From the IMG/VR virus record IMGVR_UViG_3300011842_000033: a stretch of DNA of 64,000 nucleotides. One strand, written 5' to 3'. Positions within the stretch are counted from its first letter, which is position 1; each line of letters begins with the position of its first letter. The stretch comes from an uncultured virus (IMG/VR IMGVR_UViG_3300011842_000033). Its lineage: Duplodnaviria; Heunggongvirae; Uroviricota; Caudoviricetes. Shown here one piece after another: positions 27,229 through 36,033 of the stretch. The position numbers and the translations under genes are program-made. The notes under the pieces are model-generated. The model had not been told where the DNA came from and did no database searches. It saw only the letters and a list, made by a program, of their open reading frames with translations.

Positions 27229-28428
27229 ATGCTAACCGAAAAGCAGATCCGTTCGCTCAAGCCAGAAGACCGCGACTACGTCATGTCCGATGGGCGCGGT
27301 GCGCGTGGCGAAGGGGTGTTGCTGCTGAAGGTTCGCGCCAATGGCACGAAGGAGTTCTACTACCAGTGGTTCGTGGCCGGCAAGAAGAAGCAACGCAAGC
27401 TCGGTGTGTGGCCAACGATGTCGCTCACCGTTGCGCGCGACAAGTGCAAAGGTGCCTCGCCGCAGAGTGAAGCGGAGGGCACGCTGCAGAACCTGATCGA
27501 TTCGTATGTGGCCAAGCTGAAAGCCGAAGGCGCGGCCTCGGCCGGCAACGTGGAATGGTCGCTCAAGCACTATGTCTCTGAGCCGTTCCCGCATCTGGTG
27601 AAGAAGCTGGCCAGCGCCATCGAGCCAGGGGATATCCGGGACATTATCTCCGCGATGATCAAGGCGAAGGTGACCACCTACTGCAACCGGGTGCGGTCGC
27701 AGCTGCATGCGGCGTTCCAGCACGGGCTCAACCAGGAATACAACCCGCGGGACTACCTCAAGTCCAAAGTGCGCTTCGGGTTGACCTATAACCCGGTGGC
27801 GAGCATCCCGGTGCAGGGCGATTGGGAGCGCCCAGGCCAGCGCGTGCTGAGCAAGGAAGAGCTGGCGGCGCTGTGGAACCTGTTGCCCGAGGAGCTGAGC
27901 CTGGTCACGGCGGAGCTGATCAAGTTCCTGATTGCCAGCGGTGGGCAGCGGCCGGAGCAGGTGGTGGCGTCAGACCGCACGATGTACCGCGACGACTACT
28001 ACATGATTCGCAGCAAGAAGGGCGTCGAAGGCGAGCGGGAGATTCATGTGGTGCCGTTCAACGGCCTGAGCCGCGCCTGCCTGGAGCGGCTGAAACCGAT
28101 CTCCGGCGATGAGGCCTTTCCGTTCATGGGCCGGTATAAGAACAACTCGATCAACGTGCAGTCCGTATCGCGGGCGGTGACGAAGCTATGCTCGCGGCAC
28201 CCGGACACGTTCAAGACGCCATTCACGCTGCGTGACCTGAGGCGAACCTGTAAGACGCTGATGGGTGTGGCGGGCATCAGCAAGGAACTGCGCGATCGCA
28301 TCCAGGGGCATGCGTTCAGCGATGTGTCGTCGAAGCACTATGACCGCTACGACTACCTGAAAGAAAAAAGCCAGGGCCTCGAGGATTGGGCTACCTGGCT
28401 TGTAGATGTGGCTGGCGTGAAGCCGTAG
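27229..28428 (+). CDS. int: Tyrosine integrase with N-terminal arm-binding domain
   Basis: MLTEKQIRSLKP, GQR, RDLRRT, GH..HYDRY; adjacent to att. Confidence 0.95.
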   Translation: MLTEKQIRSLKPEDRDYVMSDGRGARGEGVLLLKVRANGTKEFYYQWFVAGKKKQRKLGVWPTMSLTVARDKCKGASPQSEAEGTLQNLIDSYVAKLKAEGAASAGNVEWSLKHYVSEPFPHLVKKLASAIEPGDIRDIISAMIKAKVTTYCNRVRSQLHAAFQHGLNQEYNPRDYLKSKVRFGLTYNPVASIPVQGDWERPGQRVLSKEELAALWNLLPEELSLVTAELIKFLIASGGQRPEQVVASDRTMYRDDYYMIRSKKGVEGEREIHVVPFNGLSRACLERLKPISGDEAFPFMGRYKNNSINVQSVSRAVTKLCSRHPDTFKTPFTLRDLRRTCKTLMGVAGISKELRDRIQGHAFSDVSSKHYDRYDYLKEKSQGLEDWATWLVDVAGVKP

Positions 28429-28431
28429 CCG

Positions 28432-28632
28432 TCACGCCGCCTGATTGCTCCACGCTTCTGGGTCCTCCAGCCAAAGGCGCAGGTCGGATGCCCGCCAACC
28501 GACGCGGCCTGGCGAGAGTCGGACCTGTTTCGGGAAGCGCCCGGCCTTGATCTCGCGCCAGAGCGTGGCATGGGAAAGGGTTGTGACCTCCAGCACCTGC
28601 TCCTCGCGCAGGTAACCTTCAAGCGCGACCAC
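28432..28632 (-). CDS. AlpA-family excisionase/regulator
   Basis: YLREEQVLEVTTLSHATLW..GRFPKQVRL..VGW. Confidence 0.9.
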   Translation of the reverse strand: MVALEGYLREEQVLEVTTLSHATLWREIKAGRFPKQVRLSPGRVGWRASDLRLWLEDPEAWSNQAA

Positions 28633-28930
28633 GGCGTTTCCCTCCCTTGCGATGCTTCTTGGTGCCGCCGTGGCAGGTCAGGCGGTAGCTGATGAAAGTG
28701 GCCAGCTCACCGATCTCGGCTTTGATGTCGTCGATGATGGCGCCCATGATCGCGTTCACCTCCTCATAGGTGGCGCGCTGGATGGTGCGGGAGTTGTCGA
28801 CGTGGGTCTTGCCGTCTGGCGTCTTGACCAGCCATTCCATCAACCAGCGCTGCGGCTTGCGTGGCAGGCGCCCGCTGACCTGGGCGGTGTCGTTCGGCAT
28901 TTCGGTGCTGTAGAAAATCGAGTAGGTCAT
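28619..28930 (-). CDS. Hypothetical protein
   Basis: GGGGAGG RBS; ATGA overlap with MTase stop. Confidence 0.65.
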   Translation of the reverse strand: MTYSIFYSTEMPNDTAQVSGRLPRKPQRWLMEWLVKTPDGKTHVDNSRTIQRATYEEVNAIMGAIIDDIKAEIGELATFISYRLTCHGGTKKHRKGGKRRGRA

Positions 28931-30606
28931 GCTGCATCCTCCCCGAGCTGCTGCGCGCTGAGGTTGGCGCGGACGAGGGCGGCGGCTACCGGTGGGCAGA
29001 CGCTGTTGCCACACATACGCACCTGCGCGGCCTTGCTGAGCTTCTTGCCGTCGGCGGTGCGGTCGTGGATGTAGTCGGCCGGGAAGCCCTGTGCTGCGAA
29101 CAGTTCGTGCGGTTCGAGCATGCGCATGCCGATGTCCACGATCTGGTAGGGCTCGCCCTTGACCATCACCAGACCCATGCGGTGCTTGGTGGTGACGGTG
29201 TGCAGCGGGTCAGTCAGCGGCTGGCCGATGCCGGTGTCGTAATACTTGAGCAGGAACGCGCGAACCTCGCCCATGTGGCCACCGGTAGTCAGCGTATGGA
29301 TAGGCTCGCGCACGTCCTGGCCGATGCAGTTGTTGCGCAGTTTCACCAGGTGGCTGGTCACCAGCGCGTTGTGGTCGACGGTGGTCGCGGTTGGCAGCGG
29401 GCTTTCCAGGCTACTGCCAGGGCCGGTGTAGTTGCCGCCGTAATGTTTGGCGAGGAAGGCGGCGACGAGAGCATGCTTACCGCCGCCGGCGACAACTGTG
29501 CCGAGTGGCTTGTCGAGCCCTGGCGCGCGGGGTGCTTGGCCTTTGCGTTCGCCATAGCCTACCTGCACCAGTGTTGGCGATACGACCGCAAAGTGCCCGC
29601 CTTTCACCTGGGCGCAGATGGTGCGCAGCGGTGCAGCAGCTGGCATGTTGCGCTGGGTGCTCCCGTTGGCGTGCTCGGTGATAAAAGGCGCGAGAGTCGG
29701 AACGACGAGCCCGGTACCGAGCTTGCTGGTAATGGTCTGAAGCGGTTCATCCAGAGCCTGACCTCGGAAGTAGTCGTACCCGTGGTTGACCTTCACTAGG
29801 AATGGTTCGGTCGTCTCCAGCACATAGCGCTGAATGCCTCGCGCGATACGGCGCAGGGTGTTCTCAGCCAGTGGCTTCTTGCGGGTGAAGATCGACGGGC
29901 AAGGCAGCGACCAGTCGATGATCTCCGCGGCGGTGCGCCAGGGTTTCAAGCGCTTGGCCTTGACCGCCTCGCTCGCCGAGTCCCCGTGGGTGGGCTCGGG
30001 CCAGACGATCGGCTGGCCGTCGCAACGGGCGATAAGGAACAGGCGCTTGCGGATGGTCGGGGCGCCGTAGTCACAGGCGCGCAGCTCACGCCAGTCCACC
30101 TGGTAGCCCAGGCGGCGGAGTGCGTTGACGAAGCTGGTGAAAGTGCGGCCCTTGTTCTTCGGGCAGGGTCGGCCATCAGTGGCCAACGGGCCCCAAGTGA
30201 CGAACTCCTCGACGTTCTCCAGCATGATCACCTTCGGCTTGACCGTGGCGGCGTAGCGGATGGCGACCCAGGCGAGGCCGCGGATCTCCTTTTTCACCGG
30301 GGCGCCGCCCTTGGCTTTGCTGAAGTGTTTGCAGTCCGGCGAGAACCAGCACAGATCGACAGGGCGGCCGTTGACGATCACGCGCGGGTCGACTTCCCAT
30401 ACGGATTCGCAGAAGTGCCGGGTGTGTGGGTGATTGATGTCATGCATGGCCACGGCTTCGGGGTCGTGGTTAATGGCGATATCGACGGGGCGACCGAGCC
30501 CAAGCTCGATGCCCGTGGAGGCGCCACCGCCGCCTGCGAAGTTGTCGATGACCAGGCCATGGAAGTTCAAACCGGCCTGTGGGTGGAGTCGGTAGAGGTT
30601 CTTCAT
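28927..30606 (-). CDS. DNA cytosine-5 methyltransferase
   Basis: DNFAGGGG, SPDC, ENV, RKRLF, GNSV; internal PLxT(I/V)T repeats. Confidence 0.95.
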   Translation of the reverse strand: MKNLYRLHPQAGLNFHGLVIDNFAGGGGASTGIELGLGRPVDIAINHDPEAVAMHDINHPHTRHFCESVWEVDPRVIVNGRPVDLCWFSPDCKHFSKAKGGAPVKKEIRGLAWVAIRYAATVKPKVIMLENVEEFVTWGPLATDGRPCPKNKGRTFTSFVNALRRLGYQVDWRELRACDYGAPTIRKRLFLIARCDGQPIVWPEPTHGDSASEAVKAKRLKPWRTAAEIIDWSLPCPSIFTRKKPLAENTLRRIARGIQRYVLETTEPFLVKVNHGYDYFRGQALDEPLQTITSKLGTGLVVPTLAPFITEHANGSTQRNMPAAAPLRTICAQVKGGHFAVVSPTLVQVGYGERKGQAPRAPGLDKPLGTVVAGGGKHALVAAFLAKHYGGNYTGPGSSLESPLPTATTVDHNALVTSHLVKLRNNCIGQDVREPIHTLTTGGHMGEVRAFLLKYYDTGIGQPLTDPLHTVTTKHRMGLVMVKGEPYQIVDIGMRMLEPHELFAAQGFPADYIHDRTADGKKLSKAAQVRMCGNSVCPPVAAALVRANLSAQQLGEDAA

Positions 30607-31109
30607 GGCCGCGGCCCCGCTTGTTCCACCCGGCTACGCAAGTCACTTTCGGCGCCAGTGAAGTGCCTGAATGCATTTTCAAATGACATGCTGACAGCCG
30701 GCAGTAGACGGCCCGATCGAGGTTGCCTGATGATCAGCCGGAGCGTTTGATGCAGGGAGTTGCGGCTATGACAATGATTTGTTTTACCGAGCAATCCGCG
30801 TTCTGCGGTATCACCTATTCGGTCGCGCTGGTGGGCCTTCAGCAGGAAGGTAGTAGGGAAGCCTGGACCTACCACGTCAATATCACATCGAGCGACGGGA
30901 ACGAGACCGCGAGAAGCCTCAAAGGCACCGGCCTCTACGAAGACCTGTCGATTGCTGAGCGTGAGGCTCATGCTCGGGCGCGCTGTTTGATTGAGGCGAG
31001 TACCGCTGCAATTCAAGCCTGAGAGCAAGCCGGCAAACCAAGCGAAGCTGACGCCGATGCGAATAACGCGTTTCGGGAGGCCTGTGCTGGGCGCGTAATG
31101 GTTGTTCAT
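30603..31109 (-). CDS. Hypothetical ORF overlapping MTase start
   Basis: GGGGGA RBS; stop overlaps MTase ATG. Confidence 0.4.
   Translation of the reverse strand: MNNHYAPSTGLPKRVIRIGVSFAWFAGLLSGLNCSGTRLNQTARPSMSLTLSNRQVFVEAGAFEASRGLVPVARCDIDVVGPGFPTTFLLKAHQRDRIGDTAERGLLGKTNHCHSRNSLHQTLRLIIRQPRSGRLLPAVSMSFENAFRHFTGAESDLRSRVEQAGPRP
30768..31022 (+). CDS. Small antisense hypothetical protein
   Basis: AGGGAG RBS, globular-looking 84 aa. Confidence 0.5.
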   Translation: MTMICFTEQSAFCGITYSVALVGLQQEGSREAWTYHVNITSSDGNETARSLKGTGLYEDLSIAEREAHARARCLIEASTAAIQA

Positions 31110-31119
31110 GCCATTCCCC

Positions 31120-31659
31120 CTACATGCACTGCGGCGTCGCCGCGCCGGTGTGTTCGGCGTCGACGCGCTCCCAGGTGGAGAGGGCTCGGTGGGTGGGTTG
31201 CAGCGGGTCTATCGTTGGCAGCGTTTGCCAGTAGCGATCAAACAGCGCGCGGGCGTGGGTTGAGAGCCGGCGGCAGACCTGGGCTTGGTCGGTTGAGCCG
31301 AGTCCCGCGAAGGTGTTGGCGGCTAGGCTGAGTTTTTCGGCCATGGCGATGAGCTGGTTGGCGTCGTCTTCGGACATTACGCGCTGCTGCAAGCTCGCAA
31401 GCTGTGCGCGGGTGGCGTCCAGCTCCTCGGTCAGGTGCTCCAGTGCCTGGGCTGCGTTGAGGCGGCTGATGGTGTGTTCGTGCTGGGCGCGTTCGGCGCG
31501 GTGGCGCAGGTTCTCGACCAGCTGGCGGTTGGCGGTAGCCAGGTGTTCGAGGTCCTGCCGGGCGGCGCGGCGGCCTTCGAGGTAGCCGAGGCCGAAGACA
31601 ATGGCCATGGCGGCGACGGCGCCGACGAAGGCCAGAATCTGGATGGTGGTGAAGTTCAT
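31120..31659 (-). CDS. Hypothetical protein (N-terminal TM plus coiled coil)
   Basis: ORF in early operon. Confidence 0.7.
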   Translation of the reverse strand: MNFTTIQILAFVGAVAAMAIVFGLGYLEGRRAARQDLEHLATANRQLVENLRHRAERAQHEHTISRLNAAQALEHLTEELDATRAQLASLQQRVMSEDDANQLIAMAEKLSLAANTFAGLGSTDQAQVCRRLSTHARALFDRYWQTLPTIDPLQPTHRALSTWERVDAEHTGAATPQCM

Positions 31660-31719
31660 TGCTGTGTCCCTCTGATGTAGAACCGCCGGCTGGTAAGGCC
31701 GGCGGGGTGTGTGCTGCGC

Positions 31720-32550
31720 TTACTTGCCGAGGCTGAAGGTGCCGATGCTCAGGGGCACGATGCCGCCCACTTCCTGCTCGAGCACCGCCTTGAATTCGCG
31801 GGCGAACTCTTCGCGCTGGGCTTCTTCACCGACCCAGCGGAGCTTGAGCTGCGGCTCGTCGCGGCCGGTGATGACGGACAGGCGCAGGGTGATCGTGGTG
31901 ACCTGCAGGCCTTCGAACGGCACGGTGGTGAAGATGAACGCCGACGGCAGGGTTTCCTGGCTCTTGGCCTCGATCTCGTCCATGGCCGAACGGCTGGAGG
32001 AGAAGTCGCCGACGTTGCTGTCGCGCTGGCTGGTGGCCTTGATGGTCATGCGGCGCACGGCGTTGATGGCCTTGATCATGTTCAGGTCAGTGCTGCCGTC
32101 GAGCGCCTGCAGGTTGGGCAGCCAGTCCTCCAGCCATTCGGCGAGCGCCTGCTGGCTGTGCGTTTTGCCGACAATGCCCAGCAGTGCGGCATAGGCGGCG
32201 GTGGGCTTGAGGGTCAGTGTGGCGGTGTCGTCACCGTGGCCGGCGTGGTCGGGCTCGCCCAGGTTGAAGATGACGGTGGCGGACATGGCGTCCTGATCAA
32301 TGAAGCCACCCGGGCGGGGTTGGTTGGCGTTGTCATGGGCGGCGACGTACTTGGTGAAGTCGCGCAGCGAATGAGTGCGCAGTGTTCCGCGGAAACGATC
32401 GCGCAGAGGCTGGTACTGCTCGAGGCTGCGCAGGCTGACCGCTTCCGGCAGCACGGCCACGGAAGTGCCGCCGTCGATGACGATAGGCTTGGCGGCGGCG
32501 ATGATGGCCTGGGACTCGATGTGCTGAATGGCTTCTTTGCTCAGTGGCAT
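31720..32550 (-). CDS. DUF2303 (YfdQ-like) protein
   Basis: SLEQYQPLRDRFRG, GHGDDTA, LAEWLEDW, PFEGL. Confidence 0.85.
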   Translation of the reverse strand: MPLSKEAIQHIESQAIIAAAKPIVIDGGTSVAVLPEAVSLRSLEQYQPLRDRFRGTLRTHSLRDFTKYVAAHDNANQPRPGGFIDQDAMSATVIFNLGEPDHAGHGDDTATLTLKPTAAYAALLGIVGKTHSQQALAEWLEDWLPNLQALDGSTDLNMIKAINAVRRMTIKATSQRDSNVGDFSSSRSAMDEIEAKSQETLPSAFIFTTVPFEGLQVTTITLRLSVITGRDEPQLKLRWVGEEAQREEFAREFKAVLEQEVGGIVPLSIGTFSLGK

Positions 32551-32588
32551 GGTGTTGCTTCCTTGTGTGGTAAGTGGGTTTTGCTGGG

Positions 32589-32936
32589 TCAGACTTCGCG
32601 CGCTTTAACCGGCGCGTCTTCGCGGCTGAACAGCTGCGCGGTCGGGTCGGTTTGGAACAGTTCGAGGCCGTTGGCGGTGACGTACAGCGGCGTGTCGAGC
32701 GTGGTGTCTTCGCGCTTCTTGCCGCGCTTGGTGGGCTGCACGTAGTCGAGCGTGTGCGACACGGCCACCTGGTTGCTCTGGCCAATCTGCTTGAGCTTGA
32801 AGGTCAGGGTGATCTGGCCTTGCTTGCTGTGCTCGATGACGCCTGCGGCGACGTCGGACAGCGCGCGGCCTACCTGGTCGGCGAACACGCCGGCGTTGAG
32901 GCTGTTGATGAACTCGCTGGTGTCGGTTGCTTTCAT
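32589..32936 (-). CDS. YfdP-like partner of DUF2303
   Basis: PTKRGKKREDTTLDTPLYV; adjacent to DUF2303. Confidence 0.7.
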   Translation of the reverse strand: MKATDTSEFINSLNAGVFADQVGRALSDVAAGVIEHSKQGQITLTFKLKQIGQSNQVAVSHTLDYVQPTKRGKKREDTTLDTPLYVTANGLELFQTDPTAQLFSREDAPVKAREV

Positions 32937-32960
32937 TTGCTGTGTCCTTGTTGCGGTTGG

Positions 32961-33227
32961 TTACGACGCCACGCGGTCAGTGGCGGGTTGGGTGTTGCTC
33001 GGGTCGTGGGCGTCCAGCCAGGCGGCCAGATCGCGCAGGTAAACAACGGGTGGCGCCTTGCGGGTGACGTCCGTGCGGGTGTAGCGCAGGCGGACGCGGC
33101 CCTGGTGGATCAGCTTGATCAGCGACTCGACGTCGCCAATGTGCGGCAGGTACTCGGCGCGCACTTCGTCCAGCGGCAGGCAGGGCCGGTCGTAGCGGCG
33201 CAGCAATTGCTGGTAGGTGCTGCTCAC
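32961..33227 (-). CDS. Pyocin activator PrtN-family protein
   Basis: LLRRY..LPLDEVRAEY..VYLRDLAAWLD. Confidence 0.8.
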   Translation of the reverse strand: MSSTYQQLLRRYDRPCLPLDEVRAEYLPHIGDVESLIKLIHQGRVRLRYTRTDVTRKAPPVVYLRDLAAWLDAHDPSNTQPATDRVAS

Positions 33228-33622
33228 CGCGTTGCCCCTCCGATCTCCCCGCGCCCCTCTGAGGTGCGTGCCGGGCTGGGCGCGGTGTGGCGCAGGCGGA
33301 TGAGTTCGGTGACGCCCTCGATGGTCTTGCCCAGCTGGCGGTCGACGACGTTGCCGGCGGCATCGGTGATGACGCAGGCGTAGGGCGTGGCCGGGTCGGT
33401 GGTCAGCGTGACGTAGGGCATGTAGCCGCGCGGCGTGACGGCGAGCAGGCTGCAGAAGAAGCTGCCCAGGTCAGCGGCGCATGGATGATTGAGCCGCAGC
33501 AGGGCGATCGCATCGGCGCAGGCGTCACGCAGCACGGTGGCGGGAACCACGCCGGGGTGGTCCAGATGCAGGCTAGTGAGCTTGAGCGCGCCGATTGCGT
33601 GTTGGTTGGCAGAGATTGTCAT
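33224..33622 (-). CDS. Hypothetical protein
   Basis: Overlaps both neighbours in early operon. Confidence 0.65.
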   Translation of the reverse strand: MTISANQHAIGALKLTSLHLDHPGVVPATVLRDACADAIALLRLNHPCAADLGSFFCSLLAVTPRGYMPYVTLTTDPATPYACVITDAAGNVVDRQLGKTIEGVTELIRLRHTAPSPARTSEGRGEIGGATR

Positions 33623-33894
33623 GCGGCGGCGTCCTTCTTGGTGACGGTGATGCCCAGCTGGTCGGCCAGCCAGCCGATTCCCTTTTCGGTGGCCATGACC
33701 ACGCCGTAATGGCTGTAGGTGCTGATGGCCGGGTTCCAGCGGCTGCGGGTGTCGACGAACAGCCGGCCACGGCTGCGCTCGGTGCTGATGAGCTCGCCGG
33801 CGTGGTTGAGCAGGCCCAGCTCGCGCATACGGGCGCGGAGCTTGCGCGGGCCAATGCCGAGCACGGCGGCTGCCTGGTCGAGGGTGCGGTTCAT
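33619..33894 (-). CDS. Antirepressor KilAC/ANT-domain protein
   Basis: AAVLGIGPRKLRARMR..TEKGIGWL. Confidence 0.8.
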   Translation of the reverse strand: MNRTLDQAAAVLGIGPRKLRARMRELGLLNHAGELISTERSRGRLFVDTRSRWNPAISTYSHYGVVMATEKGIGWLADQLGITVTKKDAAA

Positions 33895-33905
33895 GGTGGC
33901 GGGCC

Positions 33906-34637
33906 TCAGGCTGTGGGGCTGGTGGCCGACAAGGCGCAGCGGGCTTCCGCGATTGCGAGGTCCATCCAGGCGTCTCTGCTCAGCTCAGGAAACAGGCGCT
34001 TCTGGCGGTCCCATTCCGCGCAAATCTTGTGCAGCGCCGGTTCCAGCCTGCTTTCCTCTGGCCGAGCCGGTGCTGGCTCTGCCTGTGCATTCAGATCGCG
34101 CGCGGCAGCGTTGAATGCCGCCGCGGCAGCAGCCAGATCGCTCGGCTCGACAAGCTGTTTACGCTGAATGGCGTTCCATGCGTCGTGCGCTTCGGCCTCG
34201 GTATCAGCACCTTCAACCTTGTGGCAGTCGCGATAGCGACACTTAACACCGTGGAGAAACGCGTTACCGGTCGATGAGTAGTCGTACCCGATAGCCTCGC
34301 CGCCGCATTTGCAGCAGTTTTGCAGTGGTGCGGGTGTAGTGCGCTGCGGGATGGCCTCGGCCGTATCCGCCGTGCCGTTGGCTACCGCCTCGATCCAATC
34401 GGCCAGGTGCTGGGCGTTGGCGCCGTCGTTGCGCTGGAGGGTCATGCTGTGGCGCTGCTCGCGCATGAACAGCACGGCCAGCAGCTGATCGCCGCTGTCG
34501 CTGGTGAATGGCTCGATGCTCAGCTCGGCGCGCAGCTCGCGGGCGGGCTGGGTGAGCAGCAGGGTTTCGCTACCGGCCTGGTTGGCGAGCATGCCGAGGG
34601 CGGCTTCGCTGCCTCTGGTGAGGGAGAAGGTGCTCAT
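33906..34637 (-). CDS. Hypothetical protein with internal Lar-like zinc finger
   Basis: CCKCGG..VKCRYRDC..EAHDAWN. Confidence 0.65.
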   Translation of the reverse strand: MSTFSLTRGSEAALGMLANQAGSETLLLTQPARELRAELSIEPFTSDSGDQLLAVLFMREQRHSMTLQRNDGANAQHLADWIEAVANGTADTAEAIPQRTTPAPLQNCCKCGGEAIGYDYSSTGNAFLHGVKCRYRDCHKVEGADTEAEAHDAWNAIQRKQLVEPSDLAAAAAAFNAAARDLNAQAEPAPARPEESRLEPALHKICAEWDRQKRLFPELSRDAWMDLAIAEARCALSATSPTA

Positions 34638-34828
34638 GCTGCGCCACCGAACGGACCGAAGTCCTCGAAGGCGGGCAGGGTGTGGCGCTTGAGTTGTGCG
34701 GCGCGCAGGGTGACGTGAGCGGTCAGGCCGGTTTCTCGTTCGATGCGGCGCACGGTGAAGGGGTTGGATGCCGATGCCGGGTGCAGAAAGACCGGGCAGC
34801 GGGTGCTGCTGTGCTGTGCTGTGTCCAT
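34634..34828 (-). CDS. First gene of early left operon, hypothetical
   Basis: MDTAQHSSTRCPVFLHP; ATGA overlap with next gene. Confidence 0.65.
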   Translation of the reverse strand: MDTAQHSSTRCPVFLHPASASNPFTVRRIERETGLTAHVTLRAAQLKRHTLPAFEDFGPFGGAA

Positions 34829-34862
34829 TGTCGCGATCCCGTGGTAAGTGGGTACGCGGCAA

Positions 34863-34922
34863 TAATCCGTCAACGAATTTATCTAGTCAATACGCATAGG
34901 GATTAAAATACCAAAGCGGCTT
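34863..34922 (-). promoter_or_regulatory. PL promoter and three operators (AATnCGnnnnCGnATT)
   Basis: TTGACT-17bp-GATTAT; operators 34864-79, 34889-904, 34907-22. Confidence 0.75.
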
Positions 34923-34943
34923 TCCGCGATGAGGCGACGCCTA

Positions 34944-35384
34944 TTAGTGGCTGTCTCGAAACTCTTGGGCGAGGCGTGCAAGGTAGCGCATCAAATCTCT
35001 CTGGCGGGCTTGACCATGAGCATCTGGCCATAGAAACGCTAACAGCTGGTAGCTCTCTTCTTCGAGCTCGCCCTGGACATACACCAGCGCGGCATCTTGC
35101 CCTGGTTTTCCAGGCTGGCAGACGCGGTAATACTGCGCGCGGTCCTGTGGAAAGCGGCCGGGGGGAAGCTTTATGTGGATGTGCATCAACGAGGATTTAA
35201 GCGCTTCGGGAGGCTGCGTGTAGCAGACGTCACGCCCAAAATAATGCGGCGGGTTGGTACGGTCGGATTCTACGTACCGCTGAAAGTCAGCCCTTAATTT
35301 CTCGGCAAGGCCGGGTTAGCTGGCTTCTATCGGAGCGAACAGTTCGGAATATGTGGAGCTATTGAAGGTAACGATTACCGCCAT
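34944..35384 (-). pseudogene. YafO-family toxin with in-frame TAA at codon 23
   Basis: FGRD, HIH, LVY, PDAH..AQEFR motifs; stop at 35316-35318, frame otherwise intact. Confidence 0.75.
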
Positions 35385-35387
35385 TCG

Positions 35388-35900
35388 CTAGGCAATCTTC
35401 GCCAGATGCCTAGTGGAATGGTCTGCAAGCGCTTTCAGCCCTTCCATGTCGATGTCGCTCTCGAAGTAGTCCGGCGTTTCATGAGCTTGGAGAAGAAGAT
35501 TCTCTAGCTGAACCAGTCGGCCTCTGACCTTCGCCACTGAGCGGCGCAAGCCCATGTGCGCCTCCTCAATATCAGGCTGAACGATGGTCCCACGCAGGGC
35601 CGCCTCTAGCGCTCTCGTCATGCTGATGTGGTGTGGAAGACGCTCAAACAGCTCTGCGTCGAAGCACCCGCGCTTAAGAGTGGCCTGAATTGCTTGCGCG
35701 TAGAGTCCGTCCAGTTCATTGAACTGGTCCCGGATCTCTTCGATTATGCGGCGCTGGTCCTGTCGGTTGACTGGCTTACTCGGGCGTTCCGCATGCGACG
35801 ATGAAGAACGCAGATGCGAAGCCTGTGCAGCAACCGAATAATCTCCAACCATTGCCAGCGTGGCCATGATCAGCGATGAGGCAGCGAGATTGAGAGCCAT
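35388..35900 (-). CDS. Hypothetical protein, putative antitoxin/partner of YafO-like gene
   Basis: Stop 3 bp before toxin ATG; downstream of cI. Confidence 0.6.
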   Translation of the reverse strand: MALNLAASSLIMATLAMVGDYSVAAQASHLRSSSSHAERPSKPVNRQDQRRIIEEIRDQFNELDGLYAQAIQATLKRGCFDAELFERLPHHISMTRALEAALRGTIVQPDIEEAHMGLRRSVAKVRGRLVQLENLLLQAHETPDYFESDIDMEGLKALADHSTRHLAKIA

Positions 35901-36033
35901 ATCTGCGTCTCTTTTGGGTGCAAGCATGTTTCAAGTGGCCGGCGAGTATACGGATATAAAGACCGCGTTGCCACTCGCCAGTTCTGTATCTTTACACCTT
36001 TGGTTCGGATTCTGTCCAGTCTCTGCCCGCGGT

